Source: Rhynchobatus australiae
Taxonomy: Eukaryota
Length of the DNA: 64,000 nucleotides
NCBI GenBank assembly: GCA_034780895.1
Contig: JAUZTB010000074.1
Location: 14,899,260 to 14,963,259, forward strand
Direction: 5' to 3'
The position numbers and the translations under genes are program-made. This document shows, piece by piece, positions 40,501 through 50,486 of this stretch. A model generated the notes under the pieces. It searched no databases. It saw nothing but the letters and a program-made list of their open reading frames with translations, and was not told the DNA's origin. Each line of letters starts with the position of its first letter. Position 1 is the first letter of the stretch.

Positions 40501-43500
40501 NNNNNNNNNNNNNNNNNNNNNNNNNNNNNNNNNNNNNNNNNNNNNNNNNNNNNNNNNNNNNNNNNNNNNNNNNNNNNNNNNNNNNNNNNNNTTGAATTAT
40601 CTGCAGCAGACTTTATGAGCAATCTTGCCCTCCAACAAGCTGGCACCTATGCTGTTCTTTACCCCGCCTTGATTTTAGTGCATAGGGTGAAGGCAGTCTT
40701 TTTCCCAGGGAAGGGGAACGAAAGACTAGAAGGCCTAAGTTTAAAGTAAGAGGTGGGAGAATTAAAAGTAACCTAAGAAGCAATTTCTTCAGGCAGAGTG
40801 GTGGTATATGGAATGAGCTGCCAGAGAAAGTGCTTGGGGAGGGTATAAAAACATTTAAAAAACATTTGGATAAGTACGTGGATAGGAGGGGTTCAGAGGG
40901 ATATGGGCCAAATGCAGGCAAATAGGACTAGCTTGGTGGGCTGCATTATCAGCATGGATGAGTTGGGCCAGAGGGCTTGTTTCCATGCTGTATTACTCTA
41001 TGATTCAGACCACTTGCATTCCTGTATTACATCATATGAAGATTCTGTCACTATGCTATCCTCGGAATATTAGGCAGTGTTAGTATCCACTGTATGTGTA
41101 AAAGTGAGTAATAATGTGTCTTCTCCCTCTTGTTGTTAAACCATCTACCAGGGTTAGATTTGCTGGGCATCTGAGATGAAAAATGGCCAATGATGCAGGG
41201 AAGGAAGTAATATACCTGAGTTAGGGAGACATGGAATGTTAGAATGAAGACAGAGCATGTGGATTCTATCAATTTCAATGGTTTCAACCCTCCCAATGGC
41301 CACAGCAATGGGAATCCCAATAATCTTCCATGCAGGGCATGCAGATTCATTAATCTACCTTCTGATGTCTTCAGTTCTCAACTATTGTGTTCTGCAAGTC
41401 AGAGGGATGCATGGCAATGTCATGCAATCAATTTGATTNNNGTGATTATCAAGACAATGTGGCTGGCAGTGTATGCAAACTGAGGTATGTGGGTGTGCAG
41501 CAGTCCTAATTATGTGTGTAATGCAGTATACGAATGTTGGCCTAACTGGTAAACATTGTTGGTGGCTGAGTAACAACAGTGAGTTGTATTAAGCAGCTTT
41601 CTGAGATGGTATGATACAGAAGTTAAAGACGTATTCACTAACCTCTCATTTGACATCATTCTGCACCATTCAGCACTGAATCCATAATTCAGGGACTTGA
41701 TGTGTTACACCTCCCTCTAAAAGTACCAGCTCTTACTGTTGTAAGCATCTGGATAACCTCCTGGCCCATAATGAAAAGTTCTTCAACTAGCCACCCCTTC
41801 CATCAAATCTGAAAAAACCATTAGAAACTGTCCCCTCCTGTATAGTGCCATATTTCAATGCATTCCAGATCAGATTGGCAATGCACATCTCCCCTTTCTT
41901 GCTGATGTTGTCAATCAATGAGGTGGCTGGATGCTACAGTCATGGAAATGAATGGATGGCACATTGTTGTTATGCTTCCCTCATCCACAAAATGGCCGGC
42001 AGTTATTTGAGCATCATGATCCCGATACGTTTTCAGAGGCTATGAATTTAGTTCTCACGGAATCCATTATTCTCAAATAATTGCTGTGGAAACATGGTCT
42101 CTTACCCAAACACCAGACATTTAATATTGGATTGAGCATAAAAGTAAAAAAATAGCATTGAAATTCCCTCCTAAGAACAGAATGACAGATTTCCATTAGC
42201 TTTATTTGAGCTCAGGATGATGACACCTGCACTTGGCTGTTATTTGCAGACTTGTGTGTCATCTACAATGAAGCTTTTATAAAAGCTAGAGCAATAAACA
42301 ATCTGCTGGAGGAACTCAGCAGGTTGAGGAGCACCTGTGGGAGGAAGGAATCGTTGAAGTTTCGGGTCGAAACCCTGCAATCAGGACTATAAAGCTATAA
42401 TTGTGATGTTTACAAATTGCTACTTTTCATGCAAAATCAAATTAAGCTGCTTTCATTTGAGTCCAATAAAAAAAACTCAACATGGTAAAAGGTTAAGCTT
42501 TCTTACAGTTTGCATTTGAGATTCTCCAGGTCTTTCTCTGCAGTCTCCATTAAGTCTTCTTGGCAATGATGAATTACGTAAGCATTGTGATGAATCACAG
42601 CTCTGGGTCTGCAAGTCAATTTTTTCTTGGTCTCCCTTTTTTGAACTGACAGTTTCATTTGTTTTTATTGTACCAGAATGGTCATCACCAGAACTATCCA
42701 ATTTATTCCATTCACTTTTAGACCCAAATTTGCTACAGTCTAGAGAGTCTGAATGCCAGGTACATGAGCATTCTATACTAACTGGCTTAGTTTTTGCTTT
42801 GTTGACACCATTTTCAGTACGAGTGCCTAAGTCAAAGGAACAGTCTGATTTGTCTCTATTAAATGTACTTGCATGATTAAGTTCTGAAGGATCATGATGT
42901 ATAGGAGGGGTATGTAGTTTTATTTCAGAATTATATGTAGAGGTCACAATGTTCTTATGGAAGGAACCAGAACATGATGACTCAATTTTAGATTTTTTGT
43001 CAATTACAGTGTTGCCAGATACTGGGCACTTCCAGTTCACTTTACCTATGTAATTGATTTGTGNNNNNNNNNNNNNNNNNNNNNNNNNNNNNNNNNNNNN
43101 NNNNNNNNNNNNNNNNNNNNNNNNNNNNNNNNNNNNNNNNNNNNNNNNNNNNNNNNNNNNNNNGCCTGTCTTCAAAATTTTTTTGAAAAAGTTGGATTGT
43201 TAGTAATTGCTTTGAGTAGCAATATTTATAATGTTGGGAATATTTAGTTAATTTTTTTAATCTAACCCAACACCAACCATGGCTCTCTAGTTAACAACAC
43301 TACCTATTTTGTCTATAGATGGTCCTGTGTCCAATTTTTCCCAACTATCACTTAATAACCCAACTGGCCTCTGCATTGCTCTCTTAGGAAGAGGATGAAT
43401 AGCTGGAGGTCTGGCTCCGTTTTGCTGTCCAGTGCTGTCTACCCAAGATGTGCTTGTGTGGCCGGCCGAGTCAAACACACACGATGCCTTACAGCAGATT

Positions 43501-46500
43501 GGTTGTTGAGCTGAAGCCTGGTTGGCATCTGCAGCACTGTGCTTCAGGAGGTTGAGAGGAGGGAGAACAGGCGAAAAACAAAACCCAGGATTGGATTGAA
43601 ATAAAGACTTCCTGTTCTGTAACAACCATGTTCTTCTCTTCCCAGGGCATTAGAAAAGAACCTCCTAACAGAAATACAACTGAATTTTTCATATTGAGGA
43701 GAAGACTGCCAATGACAACACCCTATTTTATAGCTTCCCCTTGGAGGTCTGTTTGGGTATAAGTTTTTAAAAACCTGACCCAGTCGTAAGTCTGAGCCTG
43801 AAGAATTTTTAACCCGTATCTTGTCTGACCACGTAAATGTAACAGCCTCTGTGTTACTCGTCTGAGGGTGAGATACCAAGTATTGATGAAGAACACAGCA
43901 TGTGGGCAGTACTAAACAAATCCCCCTGGTCTGGATACAGACTCAACCTAGTGTAACCTAAACCCAACACTTGTTGGCTCGCATCCAGTTTGGTTGTGTG
44001 CCAGGTTTTACTTCCTTCTGAGGTTAAACATCCAATTCCTTTCACTGGGTGCCCTATGAATATTCTGTGCTGCTACACCAGTTAATCAATAGAATTAAGG
44101 GTTTTTTGGTTTAAGCTCTGTTTTAACTAGGGCCAAAAATATAAATGGCAGTTATGCTAAATAAAGCAATGCCTGAGGTGCTGTCTCAACAGGTCCAGGG
44201 TCTGCTTTCTGACTACTGTGAGAGGTGAGAGTTTGTTTCAGATTTGCCACTGGTATCAGTAAAAGAATCTGCTGGAAATAGTTTTCTTCGTGTCTGTGCC
44301 TTTGGGGAAGCTGTTTTATCATTGTCAAGTTTAACCTTTCTACATAACATGACTGGAGTATCTTGAGAAGAGGTTCTGCTCGTTTTTTTGTTTTCCAAGA
44401 AACCACTTTCATTGTGGGTGACAGAACTACAAAGAGTCTCTTTTCCAGAACTTCTTGGGCTTTCCTCTTCAAAAGAGCTCTGCAGTAGTTTTGCACTTGT
44501 TGAACTTGACTCTTGTACGAGATTAAAATGGCTTCCAGAAATAGATGGAGGATTTTGATCACAATAACTCAGCTGTTGGGCAATTCGTGCAATCACTTCT
44601 TCCCTTTCCTGAAGCAAGCTTCCTATCAAAGGGTTCATCTCACCTGAAGAAATTTGAGTAGATGGACTGCTGGTTTGATTGGAATCTGTCACAGAAAATG
44701 ACTTCAATGTTTTGACTGTATGGTTTTCATAGGGATGTACTTTAGTTATTTCAGCAGTATTTGTCCAATTACAAGACTGAGCCTTAGGCTGTGAACTTCT
44801 GGTATCAGATATTTTGTCATTATCACTTAATGTTCCCACTTTGCTTGTTTCCAAGATCTCAGGAGAAGGGCATTTTCTTACATTTACTGAACTTGTTGGC
44901 AACAATTCACGGTTTCGAATGGCGGTGCATGCTTGCTTACTGTACTTCTGTTGTACTCCTGGCATGTTGCAGTAGTCTTGCTCTTTTACACTGGTACGCT
45001 GATAAGCATCCTTTTCTTGACTGGGGATATTTTTCCCAAAGAAACTGAAGTTGGTGTGAATACTGCATGTCAGCAACGGGTAACTCGGTTGCCTAGGCAG
45101 GGATAGTACACTCACTCGCAAGGCCAGGCTGTGTGAAATATTTGGAACTGGAAACACATGTTCAACAGGGGGTTGGGTAAAATTTAGCAACATATCTTCA
45201 TCAGTTGCGCTTATCCTAAATGTTAAGAAAAATAAGTTTAAGAAGTCATGAAAATTCTGTTATGCAAAGCATCATTAACACATACTATATCAGTACTGAG
45301 CTATTTTATTTTAGCTGGGGCACTGAAAATGAATTTACTAAAATCAGTCTGATATCCCTGGCCCTGATATCCTGCTTCTCACCTCCTTCTGGAAGAGTTT
45401 TTGCGGTCAAGTCAACCTCAATTCAATAGGTAGTTCTCTTGCCTAGAATCTGAAGGTTGAACAGTCAAGCCCCACTCCAGCACAAATATATAGACTGGAT
45501 GTTCCAATGCAGTATTAAGGACATGCTGCATTGTCGGGGAGGCATCGTTCAGATGAAATGTTAAACCAAGGTCCGATTAATTCTCTAAAGTGGATGATAC
45601 TATTTTGAAGAACAAGGGAATTACCAAAGAGGCGTGACCAAAATTTATCTCTCAGTTTATCTTATCTTATCAAAACAGTTGATCTTGCCATTTGCCTTTT
45701 GCTGCTGGCAAGAGTGTACTATGTATACCCTACTTGACATGTTACTGTACTTCAAAAGTATTCTGTTGAGATTAAAGTGCTTCAGGACTTGCCAAGGTTC
45801 TGAGGGNNNNNNNNNNNNNNNNNNNNNNNNNNNNNNNNNNNNNNNNNNNNNNNNNNNNNNNNNNNNNNNNNNNNNNNNNNNNNNNNNNNNNNNNNNNNNN
45901 NNNNNNNNNNNNNNNNNNNNNNNNNNNNNNNNNNNNNNNNNNNNNNNNNNNNNNNNNNNNNNNNNNNNNNNNNNNNNNNNNNNNNNNNNNNNNNNNNNNN
46001 NNNNNNNNNNNNNNNNNNNNNNNNNNNNNNNNNNNNNNNNNNNNNNNNNNNNNNNNNNNNNNTTTCAATTAACTTGGTGACTACAGTATCCTTTTTTTTA
46101 ATGTATTTGTACTTCTGATTCCTACAAGCTATATGTGGAGAAATATTTCTGACACCAAGCCATAACCTTAAAATTGGAACCAGATTCTGGATTCTTCAAC
46201 CAAAAGGTAGCAGCTTCTTGTTTACCCTATTAAACCTTCAAATTGGAACCAGATTCTGGATTCTTCAACCAAAAGGTAGCAGCTTCTTGTTTACCCTATT
46301 AAACCTTCAAATCACCTTAAACACTTACACAGATCATTCTTTAATGTGCTGCATTCAAGGGAATTAAGCCTAGTCAATACAGCTTACTGTCATAACTCAA
46401 CACTGGTAAATATATCCTACATATCCTTAAATGCAAATAATTATTTCTTGAGGTGCAATCTCCAGAACTCCAAATGGGGTTTGTATAGCTGTAACATATC

Positions 46501-49500
46501 AAGATAAAATCCTACATCCATCAACCTTTTTAGTTATTTTTTTTTATTTAGCTGTTAGCCTTTTAGTAATTGCTGTACTTAGGGTCCTAAACCTTAATGC
46601 ACACCTACAATTCATAATTTCATTGTTACTTCGAAAAATACCGGAGGAGTTTAAAATAGAGGGATATGTGGGAGAAAGGGGTTAGATAGGTGAGGTTTAA
46701 AGGTCAGCACAACATTGTGGGCTGAAGGGCCTGTATTGTACTGTACTGTTCTGTGATTCTATGAAATACTCTGATCTATCTTTCTTATGTCTGAAGTGTA
46801 TAACTTAGCACTTTTCCACATTGAACTCAAAATCTATCCACATAACACTCACCGGTACAGAATATTACGTGGAACAGCACCTTGTGATGCACTCAGCCAA
46901 GCACTCAGCTGAGAAAAAAAGACATAAGAACGGACAGCCTGCAGAAGGCTTTTTTCTTCAATAAAACGATCTCCAGTTCTTAAAAGATGGGAAACATTAA
47001 TAATATAGTTAGTGCAAAGCATTGAAATGAGGCATCTGTCAAACATGGACACTACTGAAACACTATCAAAATCTGATACTTTCATTGGACAGTGAGATAC
47101 ATTTGATTGGGGAAGTGAACGGAATGGTAATTCCCACTTGTCTTTCCCAAACAAAAGCAATAAATTTAAGAAAGCAATCCTTAAACAACAAACCAATAAT
47201 TTCAGTTCTTAAATAAGAAAATAGATGTGCTATGCAAATACTAGTATGCAGTGAGAAACTGGAGTATCCCCACTAGTCTGCCTAAATAGAGTGAGAAGTC
47301 CTATGAACACAAAATGTCATTACACATGGATTGCAATGAGTGACCAGTATCTTAGTTTCCTTCTAATATACTATTCCCTTGGCACAGTTTTTAAAAAGGG
47401 ACTTTTCCTCTATTCTTCAACAATGCACTCATTGATTTAAAACCATCAATTTTCCTCATTGCAGTTGGATTAATAATGAAGCTTCTATCCCATCATTTTT
47501 AGTAACTCCAAAGGCAAACAAATTAAATCTTATCATGAACAAACACAAATATATCCTTCGTGGCTCCCAAATGAAGGCAAGACACAATCTCCCCAAGCTG
47601 AAACCATAGCACACAACAATCCATTTTCAGAAAATTGTATAAGTTTGTTGACAACACTAAGAAAAAGCAGTCTGCTTTCTCTTGGACAGCATTGAAGTTA
47701 TTGAGTTGTTGGGGCTACACGCAACCATGTAAGAAGTATTCCATCATATTCCTGACTTGTGCCTTGTAGTGAAATTACGGCTTTGAGGTGCCATGAGGTC
47801 TTTCTTCACAGGATAGTGAGGCTCTGACCTGCTCTCAAAGCCAGAATATTCATGTGCTGGTATACTTGAGTTTCTAGTCAATGGATGACCACCAGGATGG
47901 TAATGACAGGGGCCCTGGCAAGGGTAATGTCTTTAAATGTCAATGGTAAGTGATCAGATTCTCCCTTGTTAGAAGCAGTCATTCCTTGGCAGATTTATGA
48001 CACAAACATTACTTTCCATTTTTCATCCCATGGCTTGCCAAGCGCAAGCAGGGATTGTTTCATTTGCTGAGGACTTGCAAATGGAACTAAACATTGTGCA
48101 ATATGAAAACATCCTCACTTCTGACCTTATGGAAGGTAGTCATTGATGAAGGCGGATGATCTGAGGAAGCAATAATCAACTTCTCGTGCACCAGAGTATC
48201 ATCACTCGTAGAACATTTATCCCAATAACAATGCTGAGATTGCAGCACCTCAAGACTGCATGATACTAGTGCACTCTGGATCTTATAGTAAGTGTTGATT
48301 CTCAAATAGTAGGCAGAATTCATCTTTAGTCTCCTATAATTTCTTATCTACACTCTCTCTCAGCAAAATTATCCAAAAACAAAGTGATTTTCACATGAAT
48401 GCTGACAAAAACCAGTTCTACCTCACTTCTTCTTGACCATGAAACATTAATTTCTCCGATACAGAGCTGAATAAGCAGAAATTCTTCCAACTAAATATTT
48501 TGAAGACCAAAACCATTTCTTTGCTCAACCACCAAACTCTGTTCCCAAGCCACAACATACACCCTTCTCCCTGACAATTATCTGGCCAATGTCTTCCTTT
48601 TACAACCTTGATATCATATTTAACCAAAAGTGAGCTTCCATGCCATCGAGACCACCTATTTCCATTTAATCTGCTACCAAAACCCTTCAACTATTCCTTC
48701 ATTAACACAGAACTTGATTATTCTAACACAAGCCTAACAGTTTCCTCACTAACTGTTCTCAAGATCTTCCAAAACTCAGCTGTACCTGCCCCTTTCTCTC
48801 ATCATCCTTGCACTGTTGACTTATAGTGGTTCCCAATTAAACAATACTTTGGCTAAGTAATACTTTGGTTTAATCTCATCCAGGCCATTCCCGAGATCAT
48901 TCTCAGATTGAAATTGTTCCACTTCTAGTGAATGTGTGTTCAACTACCAAATATTTATGCACCAAATAGCCTCCCTAAACACCTCTACCCCTTTAAGCCA
49001 CGTCTGTTAAAACCTACACCTGTGACAAAGTTTTTAGGCATTAGCCCTAACAAATTCTTATGAGGCTTAGTAAAATTTAGCTTGGTAACCTTCCTTGAGG
49101 TGTCCTGTGTGGTTAAAAGGCAGCATATTGGCACAAGGGTCTTTTCTTCAGATGACTGAAGCTCATTTATGTTTTATCCAGAGTTATTTAACCGGATTTA
49201 CTATTTTTTTGAGCCTCAATGCTGAGAAGTACCTGATCCAGTACTCAAATTAACCAACATTTTATTAAGAAAATTTTTTTGCCTAGTCCATAAACTAATG
49301 TACAAACCCTGGGGGTCTGAACTGGAGGATAAAGCATTTTAATGCTAATGTTCCTGAAATTGTGGGATTGAACTATTCCAGTCATGTTAGCATCCATACA
49401 TTGGGATGTACAGCAATAAATTTATCTACTCAGGAACCTGCTACATATTTTGTTTAACAGCATTTAGAAAAGTAGACTACAAAGGCAACTACCAGGAAAA

Positions 49501-50486
49501 TACTTTGTTAAAAAGGTATATACAACACCAAATTTAGTCACGTAGCTTTAATAGCTTGTGTGGATTATTTTATAACATATGGATTATGAAACAATTTATC
49601 ACATTGAAGATTGTACCAAGAAATCTACTTGTACCAAAAAAGATGCTAAAATCTTTTACTTACTGTGAAACAAAATGATTAAACCCAACAGCTGTAGTGT
49701 GTTGTGCCTAAACAAATTCCAACAAATACATGGCCTGTAAGCTGATTCTTAGACTCAGACAATGGTTTCTTTATTTATATTCTTTGTTTCAACTGTATGG
49801 CATTACTCATTCTTTTTACAAGACAAAAGGAGGAAAAAAAATTAGATGTCTGTTAATTTGGTTGACTTTTTTTAAGCATTTCATTGTGGTGAAAAACAAA
49901 GACTTACTGTTTGGGCACTGGCTGTAAAGACCACCTTTCCAGCAGCAAAGCATCCTGTTTGATAGCAGGGTCGTTTATATCACTCCCCTCTGTGGATGGA
50001 CCATCAGCATCACTATAGCAACAGTCAGGAAGCAACATCACTTCAACCATGATGGAAGTATTATTCCTCCACAGAACCAAAACCTGAGATCTGGTCCTTC
50101 TGGCCTGATAACACTGTCAAAGTACCGGTACAAAAGGAAAGGAAATCATTAGGAAAATATCTGAACAACATTTTCCAGAACCAAAGCCACAAATCTTACA
50201 ACTTTGTACCAGAATGTACAATTCCTTTTCTCTTCAGTTGAAAGAAAAAATAGGACTGGTTAAGATTTTTTAAACAGTAAAATCTTTAGTTATGCACATA
50301 CCTGTGGCACCTTTTCAGTGCATTCGTGCTTTGTACTTAAGGACTGTCCAAGCTGTGCTGGAGGGCAATGAAACCCTTCTGTACGACCTTTTGCTGAGCA
50401 TTCTGGTGTACGACCCTCTGTGATCAACAAGGTCAGGGAAAGCAAAAACTCCTCTGCTTCATATTCAAAGTACTCATCTATTGTAT
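19400..50486 (-). CDS. ATOSA: Atos homolog A (FAM214A), multi-exon CDS, 5'-partial; the large central exon is interrupted in this assembly
   Basis: Eleven exons with GT-AG boundaries and consistent phases match vertebrate FAM214A from DTIDEYFEYEAEEFL to ...YELKSYTEFPTNPHFSARC*, including the conserved C-terminal domain (SLLGNFEES...GFTAEVGASG...TLFNPNKTVVKMFVVIYDLRDMP). Confidence 0.95.
21660..22395. mobile_element. CR1 fragments (old minus copy 21660-22230; plus-strand 3' tail 22260-22395)
   Basis: gagaggagttccaac...accactctctgcatg; ggacaggtacatggatag...gggatatgggccaaatgcaggcaaatgggac...gttgggctgaagggcctg. Confidence 0.6.
23770..23940 (-). mobile_element. Internally deleted CR1 fragment (3' tail joined to RT piece)
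   Basis: agaacatagaacatagaaaaactacagcacaattcaggcccttcagccca joined directly to cttcacacttatctgggttgaactgcatctg...ctatccacaacacc. Confidence 0.7.
23960..24818. repeat. ~98-bp direct repeat pair (23960-24057 and 24720-24818) flanking an ATOSA exon
   Basis: atgagaaatctctgccaccgtgccattgccacttcaagccagaagacaaaa...ctaattttttctg occurs twice, 760 bp apart, with a handful of differences. Confidence 0.92.
24211..24410 (-). CDS. ATOSA: ATOSA exon (TLFNPNKTVVKMFVVIYDLRDMPANHQTFLRQRTFSVPV...ILRYLVHL)
   Basis: tgtttcag|ACC TTA; ends TTG AG|GTAACC; 200 nt. Confidence 0.96.
25000..25195 (-). mobile_element. Deu-SINE remnant
   Basis: atttatatagca...gcagtaaccaatttggcacagcaag...aatgacctgataatctg...aatattggccagaactcc is the reverse complement of the Deu-SINE 3' half. 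Confidence 0.55.
26270..26510 (+). mobile_element. CR1 3' end
   Basis: aaatttcttctc...gtgaatgtggaattccctaccccagagggctgt...gatcagc..gatct.ctgaatg...caggctcaagggg. Confidence 0.7.
26515..26800 (+). mobile_element. Deu-SINE remnant
   Basis: cagtactgaggaagtgctgtattgt...gaggccctgtc...gatccca...gaagagc...aaaacagat. Confidence 0.55.
27246..27314 (-). CDS. ATOSA: ATOSA exon (GVINLESLGKRGYRVPPSGTIQV)
   Basis: gtttatag|GGT GTG; ends GTG|GTAAGT; 69 nt. Confidence 0.96.
27555..27713 (-). CDS. ATOSA: ATOSA exon (ESILNFRLEPLGAVDGFTAEVGASGTFCPSHMTLPVEVSFYSVSDDNAPSPYM)
   Basis: gttcttag|GAA TCT; ends ATG|GTATGT; 159 nt. Confidence 0.96.
29840..30280 (+). mobile_element. Old CR1 3' fragment
   Basis: gagaaactgggg...ggaagggtaagagaggatctgatggagatgttgcaaaat...agagaaaaagcatttccatt. 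Confidence 0.55.
30852..30957 (-). CDS. ATOSA: ATOSA exon (QRKYLRQENDADQGKQQLSVSAPPATSLSLLGNFE)
   Basis: ctttatag|C CAG AGG; ends GAG|GTACAG; 106 nt. Confidence 0.93.
32106..32185 (-). CDS. ATOSA: ATOSA exon (VPPRKKQSGYFDLDTSLQRLKGVPCK)
   Basis: acaccaag|GTT CCA; ends AAA AG|GTATTT; 80 nt. Confidence 0.9.
32630..33660 (-). mobile_element. Old CR1 fragment with a short plus-strand CR1 tail at its right end
   Basis: atagaaacatagatgtaggtcattc...cattcagttagatcatgg...; tail gataggtacttga...atgctgtatgattctatg at about 33590-33657. Confidence 0.6.
35229..35357 (-). CDS. ATOSA: ATOSA exon (KSFSKSPLRPSGNFWKKQNRRSLDGISTKVFHPCTGLPLHSSP)
   Basis: ccttgcag|AAG AGT; ends CCT|GTAAGT; 129 nt; resembles human WRKHNFHSLDGTSTRAFHPQTGLPLLSSP. 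Confidence 0.93.
36780..37260 (-). mobile_element. RTE-clade LINE RT fragment
   Basis: Minus strand reads MPGNFRDAIIVTVSKKGNQSNWGNYKGLSVLSATGK, the decayed RTE motif DAxIVTIFKKGDRSDCGNYRGISLLS. Confidence 0.7.
38790..39315 (+). mobile_element. CR1/L2-superfamily LINE 3' end
   Basis: caagtcaggggtgtagtggaata...cttgacaccttccagggcaaagtagcctg..gattggcacccca...gttcaagaaag..gctcaacaccaccttctc..gggcaattaggga. Confidence 0.7.
40680..41005 (+). mobile_element. CR1 3' end
   Basis: gtctttttcccaggg...tttaaagtaagagg...gtatatggaatgagctgccagag...gggatatgggccaaatgcaggcaa...gtttccatgctgtattactctatga. Confidence 0.8.
42297..42388 (-). mobile_element. Solo Penelope pLTR fragment with hammerhead-like remnant
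   Basis: Minus strand: CTGATTGCA-GGGTTTCGACCC-GAAAC...cctgctgagttcctccagcagattgtt. Confidence 0.65.
42507..43063 (-). CDS. ATOSA: ATOSA large central exon, 3' part (QINYIGKVNWK...NGDCRERPGESQMQT)
   Basis: About 185 open codons, Ser/Lys/Asn-rich, from the gap edge to ACT|GTAAGA donor in phase 0, matching the next exon's phase. Confidence 0.8.
43164..44227. other. Unidentified ~1.05-kb segment interrupting the ATOSA large exon (insertion or mis-join)
   Basis: Many stops in the ATOSA frame; bounded by a 100-N gap at 43064-43163; no similarity I can recognise to ATOSA or to the other repeats here. Confidence 0.65.
44228..45215 (-). CDS. ATOSA: ATOSA large central exon, 5' part (ISATDEDMLLNFTQPPVEHVFPVPNISH...GEMNPLIGSLLQEREEVIARIAQQL...SGKSETNS)
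   Basis: catttag|G ATA AGC GCA; ORF 44213..45193 matches FAM214A but runs into TAG at 44215-44213 with no strong donor before it. The 3' limit is approximate. Confidence 0.88.
45400..45806 (+). mobile_element. Deu-SINE (SacSINE1/AmnSINE-like) remnant
   Basis: tcaagccccactccag...gcagtattaagga.atgctgcattgtcgg.gaggca...gatgaaatgttaaaccaaggtcc...ctattttgaagaa...acttcaaaagta resembles the Deu domain. Confidence 0.7.
46140..46840 (-). mobile_element. Old CR1 fragment with nested plus-strand CR1 tail (about 46645-46762)
   Basis: Antisense CR1 text; nested gagggatatgtggg...gcacaacattgtgggctgaagggcctgta..gtactgtactgttctgtgattctatg. Confidence 0.55.
46171..46312. repeat. Perfect 69-bp tandem duplication (2 copies)
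   Basis: aaattggaaccagattctggattcttcaaccaaaaggtagcagcttcttgtttaccctattaaaccttc at 46171-46239 and 46240-46308. Confidence 0.95.
46853..46978 (-). CDS. ATOSA: ATOSA exon (TGDRFIEEKSLLQAVRSYVFFSQLSAWLSASQGAVPRNILY)
   Basis: cttttaag|A ACT GGA; ends TAC CG|GTGAGT; 126 nt. Confidence 0.95.
47680..48200 (-). mobile_element. CR1/L2-superfamily LINE RT fragment
   Basis: gagttgttggggctacac...tattccatca..ttcctgacttgtgccttgtag...ttctgaccttatggaagg..gtcattgatgaag; same family as 38790-39315. Confidence 0.6.
48440..48850 (+). mobile_element. L2 LINE RT C-terminal fragment
   Basis: Decayed NFLQLNIxKTK...SFINTELDYSN...KIFQNSA, corresponding to L2 AFVTSRLDYSN...QLIQNSAAR. Confidence 0.55.
49908..50113 (-). 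CDS. ATOSA: ATOSA exon (CYQARRTRSQV...IMVEVMLLPDCCYSD...DALLLERWSLQPVPK)
   Basis: tttgacag|TGT TAT CAG; ends AAA CA|GTAAGT; 206 nt. Confidence 0.95.
50302..50486 (-). CDS. ATOSA: ATOSA exon (DTIDEYFEYEAEEFL...HECTEKVPQ)
   Basis: ctttacag|AT ACA ATA GAT; ends CAG|GTATGT; 185 nt, phase 1 to 0. Confidence 0.95.

Noticed and set aside
43790-44010. Plus-strand peptides EPEEFLTRIL and NTCWLASSL resembling CYLD/USP or papain-like protease motifs
   Set aside because: Different frames, interrupted by stops, and in the wrong order for a USP domain; probably chance.
44152-45048. ORFs 44152-44562 (-) and 44791-45048 (+) as overlapping genes
   Set aside because: Shadow frames of the ATOSA exon with no independent features.
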